The notes below the pieces were generated by a model that saw only the letters and a list, made by a program, of their open reading frames with translations, was not told the origin of the DNA and searched no databases. Shown here piece after piece: positions 30,891-45,454 of a stretch of DNA of 64,000 nucleotides. A program made the translations under genes and the position numbers. The stretch lies in NCBI RefSeq assembly GCF_009914755.1, contig NC_060942.1. One strand, 5' to 3'. Within the stretch, counting starts at the first letter, position 1, and each line of letters starts with the position of its first letter. This stretch comes from the human T2T-CHM13v2.0 reference genome, Homo sapiens.

Positions 30891-30965
30891 ATGAACAAAA
30901 CAAAACAAAATGTGGCTAGGTTATGGCATGCCTGAGGTAGCTCTTGAAGCCACATATGATTTCTT

Positions 30966-31037
30966 CAGTGTCACAGATTTTGTTGAATTGTGATCTGCTG
31001 GCAGCGTCACAGATTTTGTTGAGTTGTGATCTGCTGG
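30966..31037. repeat. 2 x 36-bp tandem duplication
   Basis: cag(t/c)gtcacagattttgttga(a/g)ttgtgatctgctgg twice, two mismatches. Confidence 0.92.
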
Positions 31038-31209
31038 GGGGTCCCTTGCTTAGGGTAATTAACTTCAGCAAATGTTTCAATTTAGGAAAAGTAAATGCAA
31101 GGAAAGAACTTAATAAAACTGACAACCTTTGGAACAAGTTGTTCCAGAACTGGCTAACAGAATTATATGACAAGACATAGATTTCAGATATATAAGCTAT
31201 GTTTTTTAA

Positions 31210-31450
31210 AATAAGCAAGTAAAATTAATGCAGTACTATATTTTACTTAACTCAGTATGTACCATATATTATCATTTCAACATGCGTCAGTATAAAATTA
31301 TTGATATGATACTATGTATTGTTTTATTTTCACATAAAGTCTTTGAAATCCTGTGTGTATATTATATTTACACAACTTTTCAATCCAGACTAGCCTTATT
31401 TCAAGTGTTAAATAGTCACATCTTTCTAGCAGTTGTCATATAGGCCATTC
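31210..31450. mobile_element. MER33-like hAT-Charlie DNA transposon
   Basis: tattatcatttcaacatg...aagtctttgaaatcctgtgtgtat...gactagccttatttcaagtgttaaatagtcacat. Confidence 0.8.
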
Positions 31451-31729
31451 TAGAGTTGGTCGTCCCCACCATGTTTGAACTATTAAATTCACCTGGTTGG
31501 GACCAGGAAGAGCTCCATAATCTACCATTCATGAATAGGTCAATAGAAACTTTTGTGGCTTAAATTTGAGTAACTGTCAGAAAATAGACAAATTTGTTTC
31601 ATTTCTTGAGAAGAGCAGCTGTTGGAGAAATTGGGACATCCAACATAGAACATTAGTGTAATGCTAAGAATGACTTGATAGTTGGTTTTGTAAATTGTAT
31701 ATAATTTTCAAACTTGAGCAGCTGAGATC

Positions 31730-32720
31730 TCCATTTATTCATTCATATTTACTGAGTGACCACATTGAACAAAACGTTGGTCAAGATACAAAATTGCTAG
31801 TGTTTTAGAAACAGACTCTGCAACTTACAGTGCATCTAAAGAAACAGAAAATAAGTTAACAATAGAATATGTAATTACAATTTTGACAAGTGTAGACATG
31901 TTTTCTAAAGATATACAGAAAATAATCGTAAAAAATATCTATAAATAGAATAGTCTTAAAAGTCTTATCTTGGGAGATATTTAAATCAGGACTTGAAGAA
32001 TAAGTTCTACAAATAATAGCAGGAAACTATTTCACAGATTAAAAATAATATGTGCAAGGCAATATATCAAGATAGACATCAGTATGTGCAAAAAAATGAA
32101 AGTAATCGATTGGGTCTGGACCATTGTGAGTGAGAGAAAAGAGAATGAATTTGGAAGAATGACAAGTAGCTAGCTCAGGAATGCAGCACAGACCATCACG
32201 AGTTTTCATATTAACTTGCTGAGTGGCCATAAGTTGTTTATCACTTTTTGTTTCAACTTATTATTGACAAAATGGACATAATAAAGATATCCACCTCCCA
32301 TGGTATTTCTAATGCTTCAATGAGATACCAAATAGACAGTGCATGGTATATTTCTTGCACATAGTAACTACTTAATGAATGTTAATTTTTTTTATTGCTG
32401 GCGCTATGCTGAGGAGTTTGATATTATTTAAATGCAGAGTAAGACATAAAGTAATTTAGGTAGTGGCATGACATATTGCAATAAGCACTTTAGAAGAATG
32501 ACTCTGGCAGCTGAACAAATGTGAAGGAGACAAATCTAGTATTAGAAGTATTTAGAGACCAGTTAAGAGTCATTGCAATAGTCCTTGTAAGAATGTTGGC
32601 TTGTAATTGGATAATAATGGTAGACATAGAGACAACTGAATAAATTTGATATCTGTTTAAGAGGTATACTCAACAGAACTTGATAATGGATTGAATGTGG
32701 GTGACAACAAACAGAGAAAA
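31730..32720 (-). mobile_element. L2 3' region with embedded MIR-like piece
   Basis: atttattcattcatatttactgagtg tail; actctggcagctg, agagaccagttaagag, aacagaacttgataatggattgaatgtgg. Confidence 0.7.
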
Positions 32721-35677
32721 TGATATATTTTAACCAACAATCTTGCCCATCATCTCTTAGCACTTCCTGACATCTTAGGGACAGGAAGCATTTCCAGCAA
32801 GTTTCTTGTTAAGTTTTGCTGGTGAAAAGTTTGAAAGGCAGAGAAATAAAGCCAATTTGGAAGGCAGAAGAGAAGAAAACCCGTTAATTTTCCTCAATAG
32901 CCTCAGGCATGTGCATGGTTTTTGGCAGATATTAATTTGTGCAGCTCTTTAGTATTTCCATGAAAATTTCCCTGTTTGGTGACATAGGCAGTTGAGATTA
33001 GTGTCAGAAGTTTTCTTGTATTTTTGCAAATTAATGATTTTTTAAAAATCAAAGAATGAATTTGAGAGCTAGCAATATTTTTTTTGACCATGACCTCTTC
33101 AGCATTCAAAAGGATTTTTTGGTGTATCATTTCCTATAGTAAATACCTATCTTCAGGAAAGAGTAGTTTCTATTTTTCTTGCTGACAGCTTGATGGCAGA
33201 AATGGGCCGAACTTCCCCTCCATTCTCATTATTTTAATTTTAACTCTACCAGAAGAGGAAGTTCTGTGAGTTCTGGAAGGTGAAAAATTAAAAAACAAAA
33301 CTGATTATTCCAGTAACGGTAAGCAGACCATGGACATCGAAGGAAGCAATATTCTACGCCTTTGAGGCTTTATTATTTTTTTCCGTAAATTTCCTGTCAA
33401 GTGCTACAGACATCTGTGATCGTAGAGATTTTCCTGCAAATCTGGTAACTTTCTAATCCCTGATAACCAAATGGAAACTATGTAGTAAACTTTCTCCTAG
33501 ACTTTTAAAAATGGAATCTTCTAATAATTTTATGCATTTAATTTCCTAAATTAAATTTTATCTCATTTGACTTACCAAGAGTGATAAAAAGCAAACTTAA
33601 ATGTATACATTACTGTACCCTGTAATTTATGTTTAGCAAATATTAGATTAGGAAATAGAGTAAGGAAATAACGCATCTGGATTTTAAGAACAATAAAATC
33701 CTTCACAGTATTTCTCAGGATATTTTCGTAGATACCTCTGAGAAATATGGGTTCTATGATAGTGTTTGTACAAAGTGTATTACATGTTTATGGAAGTCCC
33801 TAAATTGAATTCGCCAGTTGATAAGGTGTGATGCTAATGATCTTTGATATAAGACTAATATGAAATTTTATGTTTTCAAATTTTCCATGACTTCAATTAA
33901 ATTGTAGAAGATGTCATCATATTATCAAATGTAATAAATCTGAGAAATTGAAAGAATAGATTGTATACTCTTAAAGATTCTCTTCATCTTGTGATTTTTT
34001 GGGGGCCAGTTTACTAAGTTTTTTTTTTTTTACACTTGTAAAATCCAAATCTTTAGTTAATTTATAAGAAGCCATAGAGAAACTTTCACCTGCTTGGCAC
34101 ATTTTCCCAAGTTTGACATAGGCTCTCTAAAAATAATGTTGGTGTAAATTCATGCACCATAAATGCATGATAACATTCAGGCTGCTGCAGTTCATTTAAT
34201 TCTTATTATCTTGAAATAGAAGGTGTCTATGACCCAAAAAGAGCAATGGTCTCTCTTAGCACAGTTTTAACCATTCCTCTTTTTGGATAAGTGAATTTAG
34301 TAAGGATAATTTATACCTATCCTAAGAGCCTAATTTATGATTTCATTGATCACTTATTAAGCACACAGCTCTGTATTATGTTCTGTGATTATTAAAGAGA
34401 TAACTTTTTGGCATGATCAATTAGGATCAATTCAGAAAGGAGTAACAGAGATGAATAAAAAATCTAAGCCAACTAGTGATAAAAAAGACAAATAACCACT
34501 GTATCTTCATGTGTCCTGCAAAGTGTCACTATGGGACTCTGAAAATGAAGTGACTTGCATTTAATCCCATTTCTAAATGTACCTCTTGATGCATTTACTA
34601 GTTTCAGAAAAAGGGCATGTGGATAGAGACAGTGCTTTAAAATTATTTCAGAATATGCTTTCTTAGTTTAATTTTAAAGTCAAGTAGACTGATTTCACAC
34701 TGGACTATGTTTCAAAATAAAATTGCCCATAAAGACACTAGAGTTATATCCTGACAAATTCATGTTTTAGAAAAATTCCCATAATTCTTTAGTAAAGCAT
34801 TAAACCCACTTCACTGTTAAATTATATAAGAAAAATGATCTACAGGCTTTTGCTTTAAAGAAATGACAGGGATGGCCACTACTTAAAGAAGATCTGTATC
34901 TTATGAGAAGTACTGTATATGATAATCACTCCACTGAAAGTGTCCATTCAAAGAAATGGCTGCACTGGGAGAAATTATGGGTGAAATGTGGAGTTATATG
35001 CTAAAAATCTAGGTTATTTCAAAGTCATGTAGTCTTCTCTTAACCAAGCTAGTTAAAGCAGAGCTGACTGAAAAACCAGTAGTAAAGAAGCATCTTCTTT
35101 AAGAAGTGAAAATACCAGAAAATCAAGGATAAAAATGGCATTGTTGATCAACTGATCTGTTGATTGATTGTCCATTGAGCTATGGGACTATACCTAATCA
35201 GAGGGTCAGATAGCACTTAGCTAGATATAAGGAACATAATACACTTACTAGTTATAATAATAAAAGTTTACATATTAAGTATCATCATTTATAGTATACT
35301 TTCAGGTACATTTTCTAATTTGATCTTCAAAATCATCCCAGGTTTATTAAGCAGATGTTTTTAATGAATTCCTAGAAAGATATTAAAATATGAATAAGCA
35401 GGTTGTGAAAACCTAATTGGTTTTTCTCCTTTCTAACCTCTTCTTTCAGATAGATCTTCCTGTAATTGATTTTGCACATGAAAAATCTGAAGTAGGGGAT
35501 TTAAATTACCTGCCTGTAACTGATAGAGTCAGTACCAGAACCCACCCTCCAGAGCATAATCAAGGCAAATTCTGTATCATATTGTTTAACTCTCAGGACA
35601 TTGAAAATAAATCATTACTTAAAAGACTAGAGCACCAAACTATATATGTAGGTGTATTGTATTTCCAAACAATATCG

Positions 35678-35889
35678 TAGGGGTTAGAGAACTATGGCTG
35701 GTGGGCCAGCTATCTGAGTTTATGAATAAGGATTTATTGGACCATAACCATGCCTATTAATTGACGAATCATCTTTGGTTCTGTTATACTACAAAGCAGG
35801 GTTTTATAGTTTCCATAGAGACCGCATACACAGCATGCCTTAAATATGTAATATCTGACTCTTTTTAAAAAAAGATTTGCTGACTGCTG
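35678..35889. mobile_element. MER58A-like hAT DNA transposon
   Basis: aggggttagagaactatggc...aataaggatttattgga...aaagatttgctgactgctg; degenerate TIRs. Confidence 0.8.
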
Positions 35890-36339
35890 CCCTGGAATTC
35901 ACAAGGGCCACAAACAATTTCCAATTACAACACAACAGTAATGGAAGCCTATAAAAGTCAGGCCCAAAGTGTGTACATTATCCTAAGAATTATGCATGTT
36001 TTGTGGTGTTGTCTCTTCATTATTAATAGTGTAATTATTTTAAATAAATGTATATATAACCATACTTATAATGGTGATTTTTAAATCAGATTTAAATGTA
36101 TTAGAGAAAACATATCACTTAGGAAGATGGCCGTGCTGATTTAAATTTTAGAGTGTATATTATGATAAAAAAAATTTGGGAGTCTTCTCTGAGCCACTCA
36201 TTAATTCTAAGAAAATAAGAAAAGAAAAAACAATTTTTAATGAAAAAATAATAAAAAGTTAAGAATTGTGTTGTTTTCTTAGTTAATTCAATAGAATCTA
36301 GGTTGTACTAGCCCATGTATGTACATATATATGTGTGTA

Positions 36340-36688
36340 TATGTTAGTCCGTTTCACACTATTGACAAAGACATACCCAAGGCTGGGCAATTTACAAAAG
36401 AAAGAGGTTTATTGGACTCACAATTCTACGTGGCTGAGGAGGCCACACAATCATGGCAGAAGGTGAAAGACACGTCTCACATGGTGGCAGAAAACAGAAT
36501 AGAGCTTGTGCAGGAAAACTCCCCTTTATAAAACCATCAGATTTCATGTGACTTATTCACTATTATGAGAACAGCACAAGAAAGACCTACCCCCATGAGT
36601 CAATTACCTCCCACTGGGTCCCTCCCACAACAATTGGGAGCTACAATTCAAGATGAGATTTATGTGGGGACACAGCCAAACCATATCA
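36340..36688 (-). mobile_element. THE1 (THE1B-like) solo LTR
   Basis: ttagtccgtttcacact...aaagacatacccaag...ggggacacagccaaaccatatca. Confidence 0.93.
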
Positions 36689-36784
36689 ATATAGTATTAA
36701 ATATTTTTACACAAGTTAAAATATATCACATAGTTTAACATTTTACAAACTAATTGATTTTATAAGGTTCTTCATTGCCTTATT

Positions 36785-37281
36785 ATGCTGTGATTCTACT
36801 CTCTTGCCAGCCAACAAATTAATCTGTCACAATCTTATAAACACTAGCAGAAGACACAAGATTCCAAGGTCAGAAACAACAGCCTTCCTTACCCATTTTA
36901 AGAGTAGTAACAACAGTGTCAGAATTTGTGCCTGTTCCCCACCATAATTTCTCAGTGACATAATGCTCTAAATGACACCTACACATTCATGGGATTGCAT
37001 TTCAGAAAAGGAAATCTGAATTTAAGAGCTTAGTTTTAGTTTAGGAAATTTGAATCTTTTATATTAGACAGTAAGCATGACTATTTTTTCTGCCAATGGG
37101 AGATGCTATCGTGCCTTCTAAGACTACAAACTCAACCTTTGCTCTTGACTGAAACACAATCTCTTCCAAGAATGTGCTATAACACATCTTTGAAAAGATA
37201 ATTCAGAACAGAAAAGAATCAATGTTTCTGTTACAAAGTATGCAGAAACATAAGTGAACCAAGTAGAATCATTTTCCTACA
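36785..37281 (-). mobile_element. Old ERVL-class LTR (MER54/MER74-like)
   Basis: Minus strand TGTAGGAAAATGATTCT...tatcttttcaaagatgt...ttggaaga...agagcaaagg resembles this family; subfamily uncertain. Confidence 0.55.
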
Positions 37282-37525
37282 TATGCCTTATTTACCACAT
37301 AAGGAGGTTTTAAGTTTTTTGTTCGTTTATATTCATATGTCAATGATTGATTTATGAAATTTTATAACCAGGTATTAATGCTTTTAAAATTTCCCAGGGC
37401 TACTTATTGATGCTTATTCTCATCAATGAATTTCTACTTATTTGCAAATACTGCAACATTTTATATAAGGAACTTATATATCCCTCATGGATAATGAGAG
37501 ACAACTGTATTAGCAAAACAAGGTG

Positions 37526-37774
37526 CAGTTGACACCCAAACAACACGAGTTTGAACTGTATGATTCCACTTACATGCACAGTTTTTGCAATAAATATAGT
37601 CGGCCTTTCATATCAGAGGATTCCACATCTGCAACCAAATGCAAATCACAAATATATATTCAATGGATGAGAAACTTACATATACAAAGAGTCAGATGTG
37701 GGACTTGGGTGTGCACGGATTTGGGTATGGGGAAGTCCTGAAACCAATCCCCCATCGATGTCCAGGGATGACTG
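37526..37774. mobile_element. MER2B-like Tigger DNA transposon, with a second MER2-like end at about 37440-37508
   Basis: cagttgacacccaaacaacacgagtttgaactg...gtcctgaaaccaatccccc...agggatgactg(ta). Confidence 0.8.
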
Positions 37775-37789
37775 TATAATGGTATTATA

Positions 37790-39094
37790 TTCCATTACTA
37801 GTCAGGAGTTTTTCCAACTATGGTAGGCTAGTTCAACCTTAGAAAATCAATAAATGTCTTCTACAACATGAACAAGTTAAAACAGGAAAACCATTATATC
37901 AATTGTTGCTGAAGAAGTACTTTACAAAATCCAACTCCTATTCATGATAAAAACTCTTAGCAAAACAGAGGAAAAATTTGTCAGCTTGATGGAGAATATC
38001 ATAAAAGCTTTATGGCTAACAACACAGGTAATGCTGAGAAACTGGACTTTTTTACACTAACTGGGGAAAAGCAAAGGTATTTCCTCTCACCATTCCCATT
38101 CGACATAATATTGGAATTCATAGCTGCTGTGATTATACAAGAAAGTAAAATGAAAGGTGTACAGATTGGGAAAGAAGAAATAATGTATTTGTTTTTTGTT
38201 TGCTGATGACATCATTGCGTATTTAGAAAATCATAGACAGTTGAAAACAAACAAGCAAAAACCTGAAACAAATAAGAAAGTATAGCAAGGCTTCAGGATA
38301 CAAGGTTAACATACCAAAGTCAATTGGTTGCTTATATATCAATACTAAACAATCAGAAATCAAACTTGAAATGCATTTACATTTATACTAGCAACCAAAA
38401 AATTGAAACCCATAATAAGAATCTTTAGAAAATCAAAAATCCATGGAAATCTACAAAATTCTGATAAAATAAATCCAAGGAGATCTAAATAAGTAAATAA
38501 TTTGACAGATAATTTTGTTCATGGAATGGAAGACAACCTTGTCAATTCTCTCCAACTTGATCTTTAGATTCAATGCAATTTCAATACAAACCCAAGAAAA
38601 CTACTTGGTAGATATAGACAAACTACTCTAAATTTTCTATGGAAAGCAAAATATTTAGAATAGCCCACACATACTGAAGAAAAGTAAGCTATGAAGGATT
38701 CCCACTATCAAGTTTCAGTCTTGTTTTAAAGCTACAGTTATCAAGAAATCATGGTACTGTCATGGAAAAATGGAACAGAATTGCCAGCCCAGAAGCAGAC
38801 CCAAACAAATATCGTCAACTAATATTTGAGTAAGTATCAAAGTGAATTAAATGAAGAAATAATATTCTTTTCAGCAAATGATGTTGAAACAATTTGGTGT
38901 ATGCTAGCAAGAAAATAATAATATAAACCCAGACAGACATTACACCAGTCACAAAAATTACCACAAAATGGATGATACACCCAAATATAAAGCCTAAAAC
39001 TATAAAATTTTGAGAAAAAAATATTATATAAAAATCTATATATTTTGTTTTTTTAATGATTTCTAGATGTGACACCAAAAGCATGAGCTATGAA

Positions 39095-39140
<46 letters not shown>

Positions 39141-41790
39141 ATGTTATCTTTTACTAGAATAAAATATTCCACCCTGTAAATAGCACTGCTAAGAGAATTA
39201 AAAGAAAACCACAAGCCAGGAAAAAATATTTGACAATTATATCTGATAAAGTTTTTCTATCCAAAATATACAAATAACTCTTAAAACTCCATAATATGAA
39301 AAACAACCCAATTAAATTATGAGGAAACATTCTCAATAGACATCTCACCTAAGAAGCTATACAGATGGCAAATAAGCATATGACAAGAATGTCGTAATTC
39401 ATTATTGCAAAACACAAACTGAAATAATAATGAGATACAACTACACACCTATTAGAATGGCTAAAATCCAAAAATTCTCAATACCAACTGCTTATGAAGA
39501 TGTAGAGTGAGGGTAACTCTTATTCATTGTTGATATGAATTCAAAATGCTACCTCCTTTTAGTTTCTTCTCCACCCCCACTGTTTTCCTTGACTGGTTAA
39601 AAAAAAAGTTAAAAAAGAAACAAAATGGTATATCCACTTCGGAAGACTATTTGGCATCTTCTTAGTAAGCTAAATATAGTTTTACTGTATGATCAAGCAA
39701 TTATGTTCCTAGGTATTTATCTGACTAATTTGAAAATGTATGTTCACACAAAAATTCACACAGAAATATTTATATCAGCTTTATTTATAATTACCAAAAA
39801 GGGAAGAAACCAAAATGTCCTTCAATAGGTGAATGGATCCACAAAATGTGGCACATTCATGTAGTGAATTCGTATTCAGCTATAAAAGACATGAGCATTC
39901 AAGCCATGAAAAGATGGAGGCAACTTAAATGTACATTGCTAAGTTAAAGAAGCTAGACTACCATATTAATCTGTTCTCAAGCTGCCCAAGACCGGGTAAT
40001 GTATAAAGAAAAAGAGGTTCAGTGGGCTCACAGTTTCACATGGCTGGTGAGGCCTCACAATCATGGCAGAAGGCAATGGATGAGCAAAGTCATGTCTTAC
40101 ATGGCAGCAGGCAAGAGAACTTGTGCAGGAGAACTCCCATTTACAAAACTATCAGGTCTCATGACACTTATTCACTATCATGAGAACACTATGGGGAAAA
40201 CCACCCCCACCATTCAATTAGCTCCACCTGGCCCTGCCCTTGACACATAATTTGGGTGGGGACACAGGCAAACCTTCTCAACTACAAAAGCTACATATTG
40301 TCTGATTCAAATTATATGGCATTCTAGAAAAGACAAAAGTATAGAGAAAAGTAAAATGATCAATGGCTTTCTAGTTTTTGGTGGAGGGGAAGGAAGGTTG
40401 AATAGATAAAGCACAGGGAATGTTTCAGGAAAATAAAACTACTAAATATGATACTGTAGTTGAGGACACCTGACACTAGGCACTTGCCAAATATCGTTGA
40501 ATTTTATACCACAATATGAAATTTAATATAGGTTAATAAAAATATGACAAAACAATGTAACTTGTTACAAATGAATGAAAAATATCACTCAGGGGGCGAG
40601 TTGCTGACCTAAGTAATTTTGTAAATGAATGGATTTTGTAAAAATAAAGGTGAAAGAAAATTGTAAGCCCTGTTATCTAGGTGATAAAGTTTTGTCCAAC
40701 AGGAGTACTGGTTAACAATCCTGATATGATGGATGGCAGATATTAGAAATCAGGTTTCTCACTGTTGGAGTGAAGCTTAAAGATAACAAGTGTAGAAGGC
40801 TAGAATCATCCATGACCTAGTGAACTATAATTAGAAACACCAATATTAATTCTGTACACTTAATGTTGACACACACACATCTTATACACAATCATGAGGG
40901 TATGCCATTGAGACACAGGACTTTCAATGGCCAAAGCTGAAACAATTTGAGCAACAGAAAAAACTACTACTAGATTATAACCCCAAAATATAAAGTAAAT
41001 ATTCATGAGTTCATACTGATATAAATAAATGATCGAATGAGGAAAACAGATCAATATTCCTTGCAAAAGAAATCTGAAAAAATATGTGGGTACTCTGATC
41101 TCAATGAGAGGAAGAACAATCCCCCACATCTTAAGTGGGGGCTGCACATAGTTACTTATTTTCAAAGACTAATATATGAAAAAGGGGAAAAAAGAGTAAT
41201 TTGAGAGTGGAGAAATATAACAACCTCTGTCTTAGCCAGGTAAACAAGGTCAATATTAGCAGTGATAAACCATGTTGATAGTATGTAGTTTTGAAGTGAT
41301 ATGATGAAAATGGCAATTTACCTCTGTGTTCTTCCTCTCAAACACCTATTAGCCTATCATAATCTTTAGAAAACCATTAGTCAAATCCCAATATTTCTAC
41401 AAAATGCTTTATTAGTACTATTCAAAACTGTCAAAGTCATAAAATAAGTAAATAAAACCGTGAGAAGCCGTCACAGCCAAGTGGATCCCAATGAGACTTA
41501 AACACTGAAAATAACAAGGTATCCTGGAACCGAAAAGACATTAGATACAGATGAATTGAACCAAAAAAAAAGAAATAAAAAAAACAGTTAAGATCTAAGG
41601 AAGTCTGAATAAAGTATGGACTTTAATACTAAAGTATCAATAGTGGTTCATTAATTGTAATAAATGTACTATACTATTGTAAAATATTAACATTAGGGAA
41701 ACTGAGTATATCGTATGTGGGTATGGGAATTATGTACTATCAACAATTTTTCTGTAAATCTAAAATTGTTTTTAAAAATTAAGCATAGTA
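37790..41790 (+). mobile_element. L1MC/L1MD-type ORF2 and long 3' UTR, interrupted by (TAAA)n at about 39100-39140 and THE1
   Basis: acaaaatccaactccctattcatgataaaaactctt, tagcaaggcttcaggatacaaggtt, actacacacctattagaatggctaaaat; ends ttttctgtaaatctaaaattg. ORF fragments are degenerate ORF2. Confidence 0.88.
39962..40280 (-). mobile_element. THE1 solo LTR with internal deletions
   Basis: ggcctcacaatcatggcagaaggc...ggtggggacacag; 5-bp TSD ACTAC at 39957-39961 and 40281-40285. Confidence 0.92.
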
Positions 41791-42600
41791 AAATTTTCCT
41801 GGGAGGTAAACATTTGTGGTTGGAGTTGTTTCACGTCAAATACTATACAACCTTCCCTGCAAAGTGAATGGCACCCGTAGAATGGTATAGCACAGTGTCC
41901 TCTCTCCCTATCATGTAACCAAGCTTCCTGCCATTAGTTTTTGCATTTGCTTGGCCATCAACTTATAGCCCAATAAATGAGATTCACTACCTGAAGGTTT
42001 GACCTACCTTTGAGGTAATTCTCATTTACCTGCAAGCTGAACAAGGTTCTAACATCCATAGAAATTCCACCATGGAGTAGGTAAATATGCATGAGGCACA
42101 GTATCATGTCTGCAAAGATCATGTCAATGACCAACTCCTAAGCTCCTCATTAAGCTTTTTCCCACCACACAGCTCCGCTGGTCCCCCCCACTGGGATTGA
42201 GTAGCCACTGGGAGGATCGCTCCTCGATTTTCCTAACCCACTTTGTATTTACCTCTAAAAGCATTCCAATTGTGAAAAATATTTTGATGCACTCCCATCT
42301 TTTGAATATAGTTTTTTGGTAATGAAAAGTGTTGTGTTTTTTTGTTTGTTTTCCCAGCATCTACTGAAGTGCTTGGCATATAAAGGATACTTAATAAATA
42401 TGCACTAATCGGATGAATAAATGAAACTTGAATATGAGTGCTGGCCTTATTTAAATTAGAAAGAGGCTGGGACGAGAATCTGTCAGAGGGAAGTCTCCAT
42501 CTTATGGTGTGATTTCTTCCCATTCGGTATACACATATGCACGTACAGAAATTTTCTTTATTTACCTCATAGAGTTGTGATGAGGAAATGGGAAATACTG

Positions 42601-42839
42601 TTAAAATGTCTATCTGTGTGTTTGTGTGATTATGTATTTGTGTTTATCTCACAACTTCCTGTATTAGAACCAAGTCATCCTAAAATATGAAACCACATAA
42701 GAACCATCCTAAAATATGAAACCATATAGGAATCTTTTAAAATGTCTGTGTGCTTGTGCATTCATGTATTTGTGTGTTTATCTCACAACTGCCTATATTA
42801 GAACCAAATCATCCTAAAATATGAAACCATATAGGAATC
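42601..42839. repeat. Nested tandem duplication (~105-bp unit x2, with internal 29-bp unit)
   Basis: ttaaaatgtct...tttatctcacaact...attagaaccaa...ataggaatc twice; catcctaaaatatgaaacca at 42676, 42705 and 42810. Confidence 0.92.
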
Positions 42840-44508
42840 AGGTCGATACCACATTTTATAGCTATTTCATGATATTAAAAAGGAATTTTGAAGCTTGAGT
42901 AACAAAAGATTTTCTAAAATTTGCATTTTTATCATATTACTTTTAGTAGTTGAGGGACAATTTGGAGACATATTGTCTTACAAAGTGGTTTAATACTCAT
43001 TTAACTATATGAGACTTAACTTTTGAAAATATTAAGAAAGCCATACACTATAGTACTCCAGAGAATATCTACCTATTTTTTGAGTATTCCAAGCCAATAT
43101 CTCTTGATTCTTTTATTATTAATGCAAAACACTATAGGTATGCTATCTAAAAATTCATTATTATTCTGATCTTCTCAAATCTGGGGCAATGTCTTAAGGC
43201 AAAGGCTAATTGTAAAAGCCACATATCAGAACATTTCTACTTGAATTAAGGAACTGCCTGGAAGAAGAGAAGCATATGGAATTGCTTTATAAAGGTGATG
43301 ATGATGTTGAAATTCTTATGTCTCTCAGTGGGACTGTTGCCATGTTCAACATATTTAATACATTTAAGCATTTCACCTTGCAGAAAAGCAATTAGAAATC
43401 ATAAGGGAATACTCTGATTTACTTAATGCTACGTAGAGTATAAAAATAAGTAGAAATGATTAAGGAAGGGAAATTTGGGACTGCAATCTGCCTCAGGGAT
43501 GAGTGTACATGCCATAGAAAGCAGCATTTGGCTTTTGGAATATTGCAGCACGTGGCAAAACAAGAGCCAGCATGGAATGAATAGCTATGCCTCCATAATG
43601 CTCTTTGAGTTCAAACCCCAAGGTTCCACAGGCTTTGTGCAACCAGTTTTATCAGGACAAGAGAGCACATAATAGGTAGCACACGATTCACAATGGCAGA
43701 CACTCTTCTGCAATCTGGAATATTCACTAAATAGGCTAACATGATTCATTCATAAAAGTCTAATGACTCTCAGTGCTAGTTATCATTATACATTTTAATA
43801 AAACTATCAATTATTTTTGACTAATATTGCAAACAAATAACATAAAAAATAAAAGCCATAAGAAATTTAGCATTTAAATTAATATGATATAAAATTCTGT
43901 GTGGAACGATACTACTTCTGTATACCTATTAAATCACATTCTCTTCATCTGAGCTGGTAATACTAAATGCTTGTCTCGGCACAAACTACATAAAGGCCCA
44001 TATGCAGCCACCTAAGCAAAAATAGGTAGAAGGCACCCCCTGCTGGGGGAGATCATGCGGATGACTTGTCTACTCTGCCTTTGCCAGACCATGGTCAAGC
44101 TGCATTTCAGCAGTAGGGACAAGACATTTTAATTACTTAGTATCACAGTAATGATACAATGCTAATAACTGTCACCATGCTGTAATGTTTTCTCCAAAAA
44201 TATTACCAAGAAAGGATTTTACATTGCTTGCTTTCTACCATAGACTAGAAAGCAGCCACTTAGCCATATTTGTCCTTTGAAGATGTGTCTAGTTATGCAA
44301 CTCCTGATGTGTTTTTTCTTGTTTTTGCCCTTTACATGTTTATTATTTCAGAGATTTGCTTGGGCCCTAAATTGAAACACAAGACATTTTAAAATATGGA
44401 CTCAAGTGAAAAACACCAATTAAGTTTACTGGTATTGTCATAAGTTAGCCACCTTAAAATCAATGCCATATTTGAAAATGTATGTTTGAAGGTCCAAAAT
44501 AAAATGGG

Positions 44509-44586
44509 TTATATATATATATATGTTTTCTGTGTATATATATATGATTTATATATATATATATATGATCTGTGTATATATATGTT

Positions 44587-44629
<43 letters not shown>

Positions 44630-44722
44630 ATTTTTTTCTGTACCTTTGGATATTCTGAGTGTGTTATTTCTATGGTTGATTGGCACCATAATGAATAATA
44701 TAATGATAATAATAATAATAAA
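44509..44722. repeat. Compound (TA)n microsatellite followed by an (AAT)n run
   Basis: Interrupted TA arrays at 44509-44625; AAT-type run at about 44695-44722. Confidence 0.93.
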
Positions 44723-45375
44723 TACAATATGTGACATGTAACCTAATAATAGAAACTCAGACTTAGTAGTGACATAAATGGACAGATGGATTTATTTTTG
44801 AAAAAAGAACGCTATTCCCCTCCTTAATCCATCTATGTGAATATATAATATTTATACAGTATTAACATCTAAAGTAATAGAAAAAAACTTTGGCAACCAT
44901 AAGTAACAAAAGCCCCTATGTTACTAACTGAATGAGGTGGTGCAAATGGACAGTCATTATTCTGTAATGGACAAAAGCCTGGAATCTAGAACTTGTTTTC
45001 CTGGATTTAAGTTTTATAAATAAAAATATAAATATGGTTTATTCATATATATATATATATACATATTCCTTATATAATAGCATATATAGTGTATTACAGG
45101 TTTTCTGAAGTAATAAGACCAGCTTACTTCTGGGGGAACTCTGTTTTATTTAGGCTTCAAAAGGACTGCTTTAGAAGATATACTGAAAAAAATATTTTTT
45201 TCAATGATTCTGAGAACTGGTCATGATTTATTGCTTGTATAAATGCAAATCTTTTCTAAAAACTATGAATTTAAGAAAATCAACATCTCAGTCTGATAGG
45301 TTGTAACCATACTCACTCTTTCAAAAGTGAGTAGTTGATATGCTTTTCAGCATGTTAATTTTGAGTTATGACAAT

Positions 45376-45452
45376 TGTTATGGTTTGGCTGTGTCCCCAA
45401 CCCAAAATCTCATCTTGAATTTAATCCCCATAATCTCCCTGTGTCAAGGGCA
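45376..45452 (+). mobile_element. THE1 LTR 5' fragment (~75 bp)
   Basis: tgttatggtttggctgtgtccccaacccaaaatctcatcttgaatt, cut off abruptly. Confidence 0.85.
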
Positions 45453-45454
45453 GC

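Noticed and set aside
42676-42838. Three 29-bp repeats resembling a CRISPR array
   Set aside because: No unique spacers, no cas genes, eukaryotic context; explained by nested tandem duplication.
44486-44741. Overlapping YIYI-rich ORFs, likewise 29473-29815
   Set aside because: Arise from stop-free dinucleotide microsatellites.
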